A stretch of DNA of 60,186 bases, counting the filler. It is 8 parts of 8 records of this genome, joined end to end, with 100 filler letters (N's around TTAATTAATTAA, not from the genome) between each part and the next. Parts side by side here need not be neighbours in the genome. Positions count along the whole stretch, not along the records: positions 13,325 to 22,361 come from DRR723986_27341; positions 22,462 to 30,044 come from DRR723986_27368; positions 30,145 to 40,124 come from DRR723986_27377; 5 more parts are not named here. One strand, written 5' to 3'. The notes beneath the pieces are model-generated. The model ran no database searches, was not told the origin of the DNA, and worked only from the letters and a program-made list of their open reading frames with translations. Made by a program: the position numbers and the translations under genes. Position 1 is the stretch's first letter; each line of letters starts with the position of its first letter. This document shows positions 20,879 to 30,472 of this stretch, piece by piece.

Positions 20879-22147
20879 ATGCAAGTCAGCAACGTCATAC
20901 TGTGTGAATGCCTGCGTCCGGACGCATTTTACCCATTTTCGGTAATGCACACCCTCTGGGAACTGCGCGTTGGTGCGCTCAGCAGTATTGAAAAAGCAGA
21001 GAGGTTTTTCCCCGGCGCACAATTCCACTTCCACGGTCGCCCAATTCAGATTGCCTCGTATCGCGAACGTTTTAACGCACCAGTACGCGATGTCACGCCT
21101 GGAGACATCCTGATTTTACGCGCCGACCTGCTCTTTACAAGCGAGCTGCGTGACCACATCTCCAGCAACATCTCCGCTCTCACAGACTCAGACGCGCCCG
21201 ATACCATCCTGCGCTTTGAATTCGACGGTGCCATGCTCGGCGCATATTTACCGGCCAACGCGATTCAGGACGACTGGCGCAACGACATTGACCGCCTGAC
21301 GGATTTTAGCGACAATCTCTACGCCGACTCGCAGATGCGCAATTTTTCGGCTACCGTCCTCTCCTACCTCTGGGACACACTCGACCACTGTGAAAATGCC
21401 CTGCGCGACGATTGGTCGTTTATGCAGGCAACTCCCGATCATCCAGCGCTGCAGCAACCAGGTGTTCACGTCCTCAAACCCGAAAATGTGGCTCTTGGCA
21501 ACAACGTCAGCATCGCTCCCGGCGTAGTTATAGATGCCAACAAAGGACCAGTTATCATCGGCGACGACGTCACGATTATGGCGCAGGCTACAATTGTCGG
21601 CCCCGTCTTTATCGGCAACTCAACAACCGTCAAAATTGGTGCGCGCCTCTACCCCGGCTGCAACATCGGCCCGGTCTGCAAAGTTGGCGGCGAGATCGAA
21701 GCATCCATTATCCACGGCTATTCAAACAAACAGCACGACGGATTTATGGGTCATTCCTTCCTGGGCGAATGGGTTAACATCGGGGCCGATACAAATACAT
21801 CGGACCTCAAAAATAATTACGGCACTATTACAGTTCAACTGCCGAGCGGAAGTATTAACACTGGCCGCCTTTTTCTGGGTGTGTTAATGGGCGACCATAC
21901 TAAAACCGGCATTAACACAATGTTAAACACCGGGTCCGTTATCGGTGTTGCCTGCAACGTCTTTGGTGGCAATTACTGCAAAAACTACTTGCCCTCCTAC
22001 TCCTGGGGTTGCCGCACTAACTTAACAGTATTTACGATTGAACGCGCGCTGAAACTGGCACGTACGGTCATGGCACGCCGCGGAAAATCAATGGCGGAAA
22101 ACGAAGAATTGTTAATGCGCGTTGAATACGACGAACTACGTGACTGA
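20879..22147 (+). CDS. GlmU-like putative sugar nucleotidyl/acetyltransferase (Bacteroidota alternative type)
   Basis: FYPFS...ELRVG N-terminus, hexapeptide repeats, GGEIE.SI, SNKQHDGF.GHS.LGEWVN.GA.T..SDLKNNY. Confidence 0.88.
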   Translation: MQVSNVILCECLRPDAFYPFSVMHTLWELRVGALSSIEKAERFFPGAQFHFHGRPIQIASYRERFNAPVRDVTPGDILILRADLLFTSELRDHISSNISALTDSDAPDTILRFEFDGAMLGAYLPANAIQDDWRNDIDRLTDFSDNLYADSQMRNFSATVLSYLWDTLDHCENALRDDWSFMQATPDHPALQQPGVHVLKPENVALGNNVSIAPGVVIDANKGPVIIGDDVTIMAQATIVGPVFIGNSTTVKIGARLYPGCNIGPVCKVGGEIEASIIHGYSNKQHDGFMGHSFLGEWVNIGADTNTSDLKNNYGTITVQLPSGSINTGRLFLGVLMGDHTKTGINTMLNTGSVIGVACNVFGGNYCKNYLPSYSWGCRTNLTVFTIERALKLARTVMARRGKSMAENEELLMRVEYDELRD

Positions 22148-22278
22148 TCTGCTTGCCCCACCAACTTAAACAGCTGCCTTAACAAAACCATCTTGTTTGT
22201 AGCACTCCAGGACTCAAGTCTTTAAACACATGCGCAGCACAACTCAAGCCGCGTTATGTGTGTTCAGTCTCAATTCCA

Positions 22279-22355
22279 CGAGCCTGCCAAAAGAACTCGA
22301 GTACCAAAAATCTTAGCCGGCCTCAGCACCGCGAGTCTGCCAAAAGAAACCGAGT
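22279..22355 (+). repeat. Two 24-bp imperfect direct repeats, part of a dispersed repeat family
   Basis: cgagcctgccaaaagaactcgagt and cgagtctgccaaaagaaaccgagt, 53 bp apart; a related copy lies at about 13684-13714. Confidence 0.65.
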
Positions 22356-22580
22356 CAAAAANNNNNNNNNNNNNNNNNNNNNNNNNNNNNNNNNNNNNNN
22401 NNNNNTTAATTAATTAANNNNNNNNNNNNNNNNNNNNNNNNNNNNNNNNNNNNNNNNNNNNCAAACAAAACCCTCAAAAAGCAAGCCGGAATGTTAAAGA
22501 CGGCGCTGCAATCTAATCCTAAAATCACCCTCTAAAATCCCTAAGAAAACGTAGCGGTGAATTTGCGCTTTAAAAGCACA

Positions 22581-22612
22581 AGGGAGCCCCGACAAGTGTC
22601 GGAACTCCCTTT
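22581..22612. terminator. Stem-loop downstream of the minus-strand T9SS gene
   Basis: gggag..ccgaca-ag-tgtcgg..ctccc hairpin. Confidence 0.5.
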
Positions 22613-22700
22613 CTCCAGTGCAAGGCTCTCCCATTTTCAGAGATATACCCTAAGTCAACAAGTCAAGACACAGAGACCAAAGAGCCCTGTGCTTAACTCC

Positions 22701-24356
22701 TTAGCGTACAACATTAATCGTTTGAGCAACTGAGAAGTCTGCGCCTTCAACTGTGAAGAAGTATGCACCGACTGCCAGGTCACGCAAGTCCAGGTTAAAC
22801 TGGTAGACACCCTGCTCGCGCTGCTCGTTGTTAACAAGTGACATAATCGTCACGCCACGAGCGTCAACAACTTTGATCGTTACGGTCTGCGTTTTAGGCA
22901 GGTTGTAGCGAACCCAGGCATTGTCCGTCGTCGGGTTAGGATAGATGTGAACATTAACATCGGCTGCATTGGCCGCTTCGAGAAGGCTCTCTTCAAATAC
23001 GTTCGTTACAACACCATACTGTGCTGTGGCTGACCAGTTATCTTTTGTTAACCAGTTTTCGCTGGCGTTAAATGCACCAACAAAATCTGTTTGTACAAAG
23101 AAGCCATCATTTGCAGGTACGGCAGCAACGTTGGAAGCATCCAGAGCTGGGCTACCGATTTCTGGACGAGGGTCAAACATACCTGAGCTATTGCGCGCAT
23201 CAATATTACGCAGCATTGGGTTAACAACACTGTTGTTATTGTCGATCAGGTATTGAATCAAAGTGGCTTTGAATTCGCCTTCACCGTCGATGAAGTCTTG
23301 CAGTGTATTCCCTGCACCAAATGCCCACCAGATATTATTCTTAAATGTTAACTGACCGGCTTCAAAGCGTGCGCGGCTATCTTCGCCGCTTTCCAGGTCT
23401 TCAACAGAAAGAGCTACACCAGGGAAGTCGGTGAAGATTGAGTTAGCGTAGTGACCACCAGCATTGTCACGCATGTTAATAGCGAGTCCGTTGTCGGAGT
23501 TTTCACTGTTAACACCGGAACCAATATATGTTGCGTTAAATATTGTAGGCTCAGCATATGGCACGCCATCTTCAGGTTCATCACCACCATCATGCTCACC
23601 ACCGGAACCACCGATAGCCGCAAGGTTGTAGTTAAGCCAGAACTGACCTTTACCGCGCCAGCCGATATCGTAGTCAAAACCGTCATCACTGCAGAAAATA
23701 GCAGCAGCATATTTTACTTGTGCTGTGCCACCGAACCACTCAATGCCGTCATCAGCATTCGAGAAAATTTCAATGTACTCAATCGTTGTACCGGAGCCGA
23801 CACCACCAAGTGTTAAACCGTTGATCTCGTTGTTTCCACCGATCAGTGAACCACCGTGACGGATTGAAACGTAACGGATAATACCAGAATTATCAGCATC
23901 GTTGTCGCCACCAAACTCTGTCAGTGGTGTCTCTGGAATACCTTCAATGTTAGCTACGCCGCTACCGAGGTTTGTGCTGGCGCTACCGAGAACGATTAGA
24001 CCACCCCAGTTTTGACGGCTGCCAAGAGGAAGGTCGGTTGGATCGTTAACATCGTCGTCAACAGTCGTAAAGATGATTGGGTTCTCGGAAGTACCTTCAG
24101 CAAAGATTTTGGCACCACGCGTAATGATAAGCGCGCTGGCTGCCTCGCCTTCACCTTGTTTAGCCTGAATCACCGTACCGGGTTCAATGATGAGCGTTTC
24201 GCCCGGCTCAACATATACAAATCCGTCCAGGACGTACGTGTTGTCCGAAGTCCAGCGAGTTTCACCGACAATGTCGTCAGTTGTAACGTTAATCTGTGCA
24301 GCTGCAAAGGCTGGCACAAACAGGCAAAGTAGTACAAGTTGTACAAAACGATTCAT
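22701..24356 (-). CDS. Secreted beta-helix-like protein with T9SS type A C-terminal domain (TonB receptor partner family)
   Basis: Signal peptide MNRFVQLVLLCLFVPAFAAAQ; WGGLIVLG, DNSGIIRYVSIRHGG, NEINGLTLGGVGSGT and DDGIEWFGGT motifs; C-terminal IYPNP...G.YF. Confidence 0.85.
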   Translation of the reverse strand: MNRFVQLVLLCLFVPAFAAAQINVTTDDIVGETRWTSDNTYVLDGFVYVEPGETLIIEPGTVIQAKQGEGEAASALIITRGAKIFAEGTSENPIIFTTVDDDVNDPTDLPLGSRQNWGGLIVLGSASTNLGSGVANIEGIPETPLTEFGGDNDADNSGIIRYVSIRHGGSLIGGNNEINGLTLGGVGSGTTIEYIEIFSNADDGIEWFGGTAQVKYAAAIFCSDDGFDYDIGWRGKGQFWLNYNLAAIGGSGGEHDGGDEPEDGVPYAEPTIFNATYIGSGVNSENSDNGLAINMRDNAGGHYANSIFTDFPGVALSVEDLESGEDSRARFEAGQLTFKNNIWWAFGAGNTLQDFIDGEGEFKATLIQYLIDNNNSVVNPMLRNIDARNSSGMFDPRPEIGSPALDASNVAAVPANDGFFVQTDFVGAFNASENWLTKDNWSATAQYGVVTNVFEESLLEAANAADVNVHIYPNPTTDNAWVRYNLPKTQTVTIKVVDARGVTIMSLVNNEQREQGVYQFNLDLRDLAVGAYFFTVEGADFSVAQTINVVR

Positions 24357-24554
24357 AACGATAGACCTTAAGTAGGGTTGTAGATAGGTTAACAATCTAT
24401 CACTGATGTTACAATTTTCGTTGAATTCGGGCATGACAATATCAGTTCGCAAAAATTGCGAATGTGTTAAATAATTTTTAAGGATTGAGAAACAACCAGT
24501 ACTGATCAGTCTTTAGTCGGTTTTTCACTTTGCCCGGAAGCGAAAAACAAGGGG

Positions 24555-24596
24555 TCTAAAGAAGCCTTAAGACCTGTTAATCCAGGCTTCTTTAGA
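24555..24596 (-). terminator. 13-bp stem-loop after the TonB receptor gene
   Basis: tctaaagaagcct / aggcttctttaga, followed on the minus strand by ccccttgttttt. Confidence 0.65.
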
Positions 24597-24618
24597 TTCC
24601 CGTTACACTGTCACTAGC

Positions 24619-27519
24619 TTATTGCACGGAGTAGCTGATGCCGATTGAAAAGTCCTGCCCCATTTCGTAGGTCTGGAAGTCGTAGCTGACGCCACGGTAT
24701 TCCTGGGTCTCTTCGTAAATGGCATCCAGCAAGTTCGAAGCACTGGCTTTGATCACAAACTGATCCGTCACCTGCTGCGAAAATGTTAAGTTCAGCATGT
24801 TGCGCGGCTGCTCAAAAACATCAGGTGTTCCACCCAGTGTTACGGCGGCCAGGCGCTCACCAAAAATGTTGTAGCTAAGCGCTACGTTCGTGCCCGATTC
24901 CTGATTGTTGTACGAAACATCAAAGTTCAGGATGTATGGGGACTGGCCATAGAGCTGGCGCGTATCCGATGCTGAAGGATTTGATCCGCGAATAACGGCA
25001 AGCTCTTCAGCCTCAATGTCTACCTGCGAAGCCACAAGTGTTAAGTTCATACCAACCTGGAAGTTCTGCAGCAGATCGCTCAGCTCATCCAGCGATTTGC
25101 GCGCTTCAATTTCAGCACCAAATACTTTGGCTTCGTCAACATTCTCATAGCGAACCTGACCATTCTCGTTAAGAATGACGCGTTCAATTGGATCAGTAAA
25201 GTCTTTGTAGAAACCGCTGAGCGCAATAATCTCTCCAGGACGTACAAACCATTCCCAACGAAGGTCTAGGTTAACAACCGTCGTACGCTTCAGATTTGGA
25301 TTACCGATTTGAATGAAGTCACCGATAAAGTCAAATGACGCAAATGGTGCCAGCTCCCGGAAGGTTGGACGCGCCAGTGTCTGCGTTGCGGCAGCGCGAA
25401 TGTTCATGGCATCACTGAGTGAGTAGACCAGATTAAGTGAACCCAGAACATCAGTCTCAACAATGCTTGCATTCTGCAGCGTAGTATCTGAAGACGAAAC
25501 CTGAATATCAGTTGTCTCAAGGCGCGCACCACCGATAAAACGGAAGTCTTCAGTCACCGGCAAATCAATCATTGCGTACCCGGCACCAATCGACTGGTCA
25601 CCGGCATACGTGTTTGAGAGTTCAGAGGCGTCAATGATGACATTGCCAATTACCGGGAAGTTGCCGTCCTGGCGCAAGACACCAACGTTCTCTGGTGCCA
25701 CAAAATCATTGGGGCTACCATTAAACTTCACCGACTTTTCAAACAACTCATCCGTACCCGTACGATACTCAAAGCGGCGCTCGCTGAAGTCTCTTGACGA
25801 CTTGCTATAGAGGCCACCAACTTTAACCAGTGCTTTTTTGCTGGTCCAGGTATCGAGCGTCACTTCTACATCGGAACGCGCTTCGAAGATTCGGTCTTCC
25901 AGTTCGCGGAAGTAGCGCGAAGGCGCCGTGTAGCTGGTTGGATTGATGCTGAACGTTGTATCGCTTGGATCGTTTTCATCAACGTCAAAGTGATTCGAGA
26001 AGAAACGCAGGTCCGGCTCATTTTGCGTGGATTGCGTATTTGAAATATTCCAGTTGAAACGAATTGGCGTTTGATCCAGCTCAGGGAAGAAGTGTTTACC
26101 ACCAAACTGCAGGGCCGTAACGGCACGCTCGGAGTAGAGCAGTGCACGCGTCTGGAAAGTTTGTTTTTCCTCCAGCGGCAGATCGGCGTCAAAACCTTCC
26201 TGATAGCGCGCCGTGGATGTGCCGCTCTGGCTCATCATCAGCGTTGAGCTTACTTCGTGATTGTCGGCAAACATATAAGCAACTGTTGCCAGTCCACTTA
26301 GCAGCGATTCCGAACTTCCCTTTGTATCAGTGAATTCCGTCTCGCGGTTTAGCGCGTCAGCCGATTCACCCGTCAGCTTCCAGCGTGCCGTTGAACCGTT
26401 TTCGTAGAAGGAAAATCCACGCTTGTAAGTCACACTTCCAAGAACACCAAGTTGGCGACCATTAACTTCCAGGTTGTTACCAACTGCAAGTGAGAAGCTC
26501 TGATTAACTGGTGCACTACCGGTGCGAACATCCATTTCTGGACTGAAGGACTGAGACAGAGCCGTTAAGTCAGCGGCAGCTGCGGCACCATCACGTGAAC
26601 CAGCTTCACTGAGCGTCGGGATGTCTGTTCGACCTTCCAACAGCGCCGGCAGCTCACGCGTACCGTCGTCAGAAGCGAGCCAGTCAGTATCACCGGTGTT
26701 GTAGGTCAGGAAGTTGTCAGAAAGTGAGGCCTGATTGTCATATGTTGCGCTGGCGCTCAACTTAAAGGTGAAAGCATCCGGGAAGGACTTGGTACCGATA
26801 TTAACGCTGCCACCAGTGAAGTCACCAGGTTTGTCAGGCGTGAATGTCTTAACCGTTACAATGTTATCCAGCAGATTTGTTGGAAAGACGTCAAGCTGTA
26901 CGGCTTTGCGATTGGGGTCGGAACTGGGCAGCGCCGAACCATTCAGCTGTACATTGCTGTAGCGGTCACCAAGACCGCGAATGTAAACGTACTTTCCGTC
27001 AACCAGTGAAGCACCGGTAATTTTACTTACGGCCTCACCAGCATCGCCGCTGCCGGCTTTTTCCATGCGGTCGGCACCAACGGCATCACTTACCGCAGAA
27101 GCTTTGGCACGCGCACCCAGCAGCGCCATGTCATTGTTCTTGAGCGAACGAGCGGTGACCACAACCTCTTCGGTCATAACCGCGTCGGTCTCCATGCCTA
27201 CATCAAGTTTAGTGGTCTTGTTTGGGGCAATCTCGATATCGGTAACGTTATACACAGCCAATCCAACACTGGATATGCGCAGCGCGTGTTTACCAACAGG
27301 AACATTCTTGATGGTGTATTTACCATCCTGATTCGAAAAACCGCCAAGCTTGGTTCCAACAATAAAGACAGATGCGCCGATAACGGGTTTTCCGTCTGCC
27401 TTGTTGATAACTGTACCGGTAAGCGTACCTGTTTCCTGCGCCAAAAGGGCCTGGCTGGAACACATAAATACTGCTACCAGAATTGCCAGCATGGCAACTC
27501 CACTGAATCGTGCATTCAT
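24619..27519 (-). CDS. TonB-dependent receptor with N-terminal carboxypeptidase-regulatory-like domain
   Basis: Signal peptide; EEVVVTA; plug motif YIRGLGDRYS..QLNG; KTFTPDKPGDFTGG; ARPTFRELAPF, GNPNL and NLLD motifs. Confidence 0.95.
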   Translation of the reverse strand: MNARFSGVAMLAILVAVFMCSSQALLAQETGTLTGTVINKADGKPVIGASVFIVGTKLGGFSNQDGKYTIKNVPVGKHALRISSVGLAVYNVTDIEIAPNKTTKLDVGMETDAVMTEEVVVTARSLKNNDMALLGARAKASAVSDAVGADRMEKAGSGDAGEAVSKITGASLVDGKYVYIRGLGDRYSNVQLNGSALPSSDPNRKAVQLDVFPTNLLDNIVTVKTFTPDKPGDFTGGSVNIGTKSFPDAFTFKLSASATYDNQASLSDNFLTYNTGDTDWLASDDGTRELPALLEGRTDIPTLSEAGSRDGAAAAADLTALSQSFSPEMDVRTGSAPVNQSFSLAVGNNLEVNGRQLGVLGSVTYKRGFSFYENGSTARWKLTGESADALNRETEFTDTKGSSESLLSGLATVAYMFADNHEVSSTLMMSQSGTSTARYQEGFDADLPLEEKQTFQTRALLYSERAVTALQFGGKHFFPELDQTPIRFNWNISNTQSTQNEPDLRFFSNHFDVDENDPSDTTFSINPTSYTAPSRYFRELEDRIFEARSDVEVTLDTWTSKKALVKVGGLYSKSSRDFSERRFEYRTGTDELFEKSVKFNGSPNDFVAPENVGVLRQDGNFPVIGNVIIDASELSNTYAGDQSIGAGYAMIDLPVTEDFRFIGGARLETTDIQVSSSDTTLQNASIVETDVLGSLNLVYSLSDAMNIRAAATQTLARPTFRELAPFASFDFIGDFIQIGNPNLKRTTVVNLDLRWEWFVRPGEIIALSGFYKDFTDPIERVILNENGQVRYENVDEAKVFGAEIEARKSLDELSDLLQNFQVGMNLTLVASQVDIEAEELAVIRGSNPSASDTRQLYGQSPYILNFDVSYNNQESGTNVALSYNIFGERLAAVTLGGTPDVFEQPRNMLNLTFSQQVTDQFVIKASASNLLDAIYEETQEYRGVSYDFQTYEMGQDFSIGISYSVQ

Positions 27520-27623
27520 AAGAAAGCTCAAGTAATTAATTGATGGGAGAGTAACACTTGTTTGGCTTGCCATTGGAGTTAGCAAAGGAGAGATGCTTAA
27601 TTCCAGCCACAAAATTATCGGTG

Positions 27624-27656
27624 AGGATATTAGCGGTATGTTAAAATTTGTTTACA
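27624..27656 (-). promoter_or_regulatory. Three 11-bp-period direct repeats upstream of the TonB receptor (candidate PhoB/OmpR-type box)
   Basis: Minus strand tgTAAACAaat-ttTAACATacc-gcTAATATcct. Confidence 0.35.
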
Positions 27657-27956
27657 ATCTTGCTGCCTGGCGGTAGTGATTCGGCGGCGCAAACAGCTTA
27701 ACAAATCGACAACAGAGCGCAAACATACAGAAAACACAAAAGTGAAAGATTCAAGACCAAAACTGGTGCATGTATGGCGTCATTCACTGCCGGAAATCAT
27801 TGTTTCTCAGGCACTTAACAAGATGGTGAATATTCAACAGCGGAGTCCTGCGGCAAGCTTCCTCCGCTGTTACAATTTGCGGATGTTACCAAATTGATAA
27901 CATCCACATTTTGAGATTTTTTTCCGAAGATTCTAATTTTCTACGATTATCCGCAA

Positions 27957-28277
27957 TTAACCAGCCAGAGCGCTGTCAACTGCGCTGCGAAGTTGTCCCA
28001 AAGGCATCGCTCCCATGCCGCGCCACAGGACTTTATCCCCGTCAAACAAGATTAAAGTCGGAATCGATTGTATACTAAACTGACGCGCCAGATCCGGCTT
28101 CTCATCAATATTCACCTTGGCAACCAGGAAACGCCCTTCAGCGCCGGCCGCCAATTCTTTGAGTGTCGGTGCCAGCGTATGGCAGGGGCCGCACCACTCC
28201 GCCCAAAAATCGACAAGCACGGGTTTACCGGCGGCATGCAGCATTTCCTGAAATGACTTGGGTAGTTCAGTTTGCAT
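27957..28277 (-). CDS. trxA: Thioredoxin
   Basis: VDFWAEWCGPC and SIPTL motifs; ATG at 28277. Confidence 0.95.
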   Translation of the reverse strand: MQTELPKSFQEMLHAAGKPVLVDFWAEWCGPCHTLAPTLKELAAGAEGRFLVAKVNIDEKPDLARQFSIQSIPTLILFDGDKVLWRGMGAMPLGQLRSAVDSALAG

Positions 28278-28437
28278 GGCAGAAGTCCTTGTGTATGACG
28301 GCCAGGAGATTCCCCGGCCCAGTGTTGTCAGTGCAATGTTTGGCGGCAGGCTGACCTTAAGCGCTCTGCCGCAAATCACGTAGTCTCTGTACGATTCTTC
28401 AAAATATGTGCTTTAATCAATCTGCGCTACGCAGCTC

Positions 28438-28758
28438 TTAGCCCAAACGCACACCAGGTACCGCCTGCCAGTCCAGAATCCCACCGGCAACATTAATGGC
28501 GTTGTAGCCTTGCTGTGCCAGGAAGGTACAGGCGCTCGCGCTGCGCATACCGCTGCGGCAATAGACATAAACCGTCGCTTCCGGCTCCAGATTCAGCTCT
28601 TCAAACCGGCCCGGCAGCTGCCCCAAAGGAATAAAATCGGTGTCGGCAATGTGGACGTCGTCACGCTCCATCGGCTCGCGCACATCCAGGATATGCAGCT
28701 TCTCACCGGCTTCGATTTTTTGATTTAACTCAGCCGCGCTGATCGTCGGAACAGCCAT
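28438..28758 (-). CDS. Single-domain rhodanese (sulfurtransferase)
   Basis: LDVREP.E, IPLGQL, VYCRSGMRS and GGILDW motifs. Confidence 0.93.
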   Translation of the reverse strand: MAVPTISAAELNQKIEAGEKLHILDVREPMERDDVHIADTDFIPLGQLPGRFEELNLEPEATVYVYCRSGMRSASACTFLAQQGYNAINVAGGILDWQAVPGVRLG

Positions 28759-28881
28759 AGTCACCCCCGCAGTTCTTGCAAATTAAAACCATGCTGGAAT
28801 ACGATCCAGACTGGTATCTATTATCTTTTCCGCGCAGCAGCAGTCAACTGCCGCAGCCCTATAAAATACGATTGGCGCAGC

Positions 28882-29550
28882 TCAGGCAGTCAGGCCGCCC
28901 GTCTTGCGCAAAATCTGCAAACATTCATTCCCGCTACGCGCAGGATGTGAAGCCCTTGGCGTTTCCCTGTGCCGCACTTCAAAACCCTGCGCTACAAAAT
29001 GGGCCGCAAACTCGTCCGGATCAATTACAAACGGTGGACCGGGCTGCGGAAAAGCCAGCGGAAAATTCAATGCCGCCAGGGTAGCTCCCGGCCGCATTAA
29101 ACTAGCCAAAATCTGGGCGTATTCCGCGCGCCGCGCCGGTTCTATCGCACAGTACATCGTGTATTCCAGCACCAGATCTACCGGCTGCATGTCTTCCGGA
29201 CGCAGGCTAAAAACGTCGCGTTGCAGCGTCGCAACCTGTAAATTTTCACCCGTAATCCGTGCCTCTAACTGCTCCAGCGCCTCAGCCGCAAAATCCAGCC
29301 CCGTCACCCTGTAACCATGCCGCGCAAACGCTTCAACGTCATGGCCTCTGCCACATCCCGGCACCAGAACATGCAGGGCCTCCACTCCGTTCCCCGCGCT
29401 CTTAACTGAACTCTGCCCAGGAAATGGCAGTAAATGGCGCGCCAGCGCATCCTGAAAAACCGTCGTAGCAGCTCCAAGATCCCATCCCGTCTGCTCCTGC
29501 TGGTAACGCGCCGACCAGTATTCAGCCTTGCTAATCTCACTCGCACTCAT
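28882..29550 (-). CDS. Thiopurine/thiol S-methyltransferase-like SAM-dependent methyltransferase
   Basis: W..RY....TGWDLG, VLVPGCGRGHD, EYTMYCAI.P..R and GPPF motifs. Confidence 0.9.
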   Translation of the reverse strand: MSASEISKAEYWSARYQQEQTGWDLGAATTVFQDALARHLLPFPGQSSVKSAGNGVEALHVLVPGCGRGHDVEAFARHGYRVTGLDFAAEALEQLEARITGENLQVATLQRDVFSLRPEDMQPVDLVLEYTMYCAIEPARRAEYAQILASLMRPGATLAALNFPLAFPQPGPPFVIDPDEFAAHFVAQGFEVRHRETPRASHPARSGNECLQILRKTGGLTA

Positions 29551-30018
29551 TACCGTCTCCTTTTTTACGCCAATCTCCGGACCTCGCGAATCCGACACAC
29601 TTTACACGTTCAGCCGTCCAACTGATTGATAGGCAGGTGTGTTTCTAGCACAGCTGACCACCCAGATAAGAGCAAACCGACGCCTCACCTGCGGTGGTCT
29701 TTTAAAGGCCGTCTTGTTTGCCACTGGGTCTTAAGCCGCAAGCTATCCAGACTGTCTGCAATCTCTGAGTCTTTGAGACTCATGGCAGACTGCAGGCATT
29801 CAACTCAAAGACTGGCGGCCGGCAGGAGTCGAGCCACATATCTCGGATTCACGAGATTAGATGTTATCCGATTTTCGGGACATTGGACTTCGTCATTGAG
29901 ACCTGTCGTCTTCGGCAAATATTCAAGGTCAAAGGGTTGAGCGCTACACTGATTCAGTTTAGCGGGAGATGTTTGTGGATAATCGCATGGAATTTTGTGC
30001 AAAGACTTTTCACGAACA

Positions 30019-30160
30019 GGGTCGAGCCCTTAGGGCTCGACCCCNNNNNNNNNNNNNNNNNNNNNNNNNNNNNNNNNNNNNNNNNNNNTTAATTAATTAA
30101 NNNNNNNNNNNNNNNNNNNNNNNNNNNNNNNNNNNNNNNNNNNNCCTAAGGGCTCGACCC
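30019..30160. repeat. REP-like hairpin GGGTCGAGCCC-TTA-GGGCTCGACCC at two contig ends
   Basis: Perfect 11-bp stem at 30019-30043; partial inverted copy at 30145-30160 across the linker. Confidence 0.75.
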
Positions 30161-30472
30161 GGGTGTCAAATTTTCAGTTTTCAAATCTTCATCCGCTCAA
30201 TCCAATTCTAGCCACTCAGCCCCCAAAACCACCGCCCGCAAAATCACTTTGCCTTGTATTTTTCAATTTCTTCATACCTTGGGAATCGGCATCGAATGTT
30301 ATCCAAAATCCAGAGCCCATCAATCGCAGCAGCCAGACCGAGAGACGACAATCCCAATCCTGAGATACTCAATAAACAAGAACACCCGCCCTGATCACGT
30401 TAATCCTCCAGCAGTCAGAAGATTAGCATGATCAGAACGGGTGCTCTTAAGCGCAGATTACCAATTTCAAAT

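Noticed and set aside
22279..22355. CRISPR array (24-bp repeat, 29-bp spacer)
   Set aside because: Only two copies with three mismatches, no cas genes, and related copies are dispersed. The contig ends here, so it cannot be fully excluded.
29974..29982. DnaA box TGTGGATAA
   Set aside because: Single copy with no origin context.
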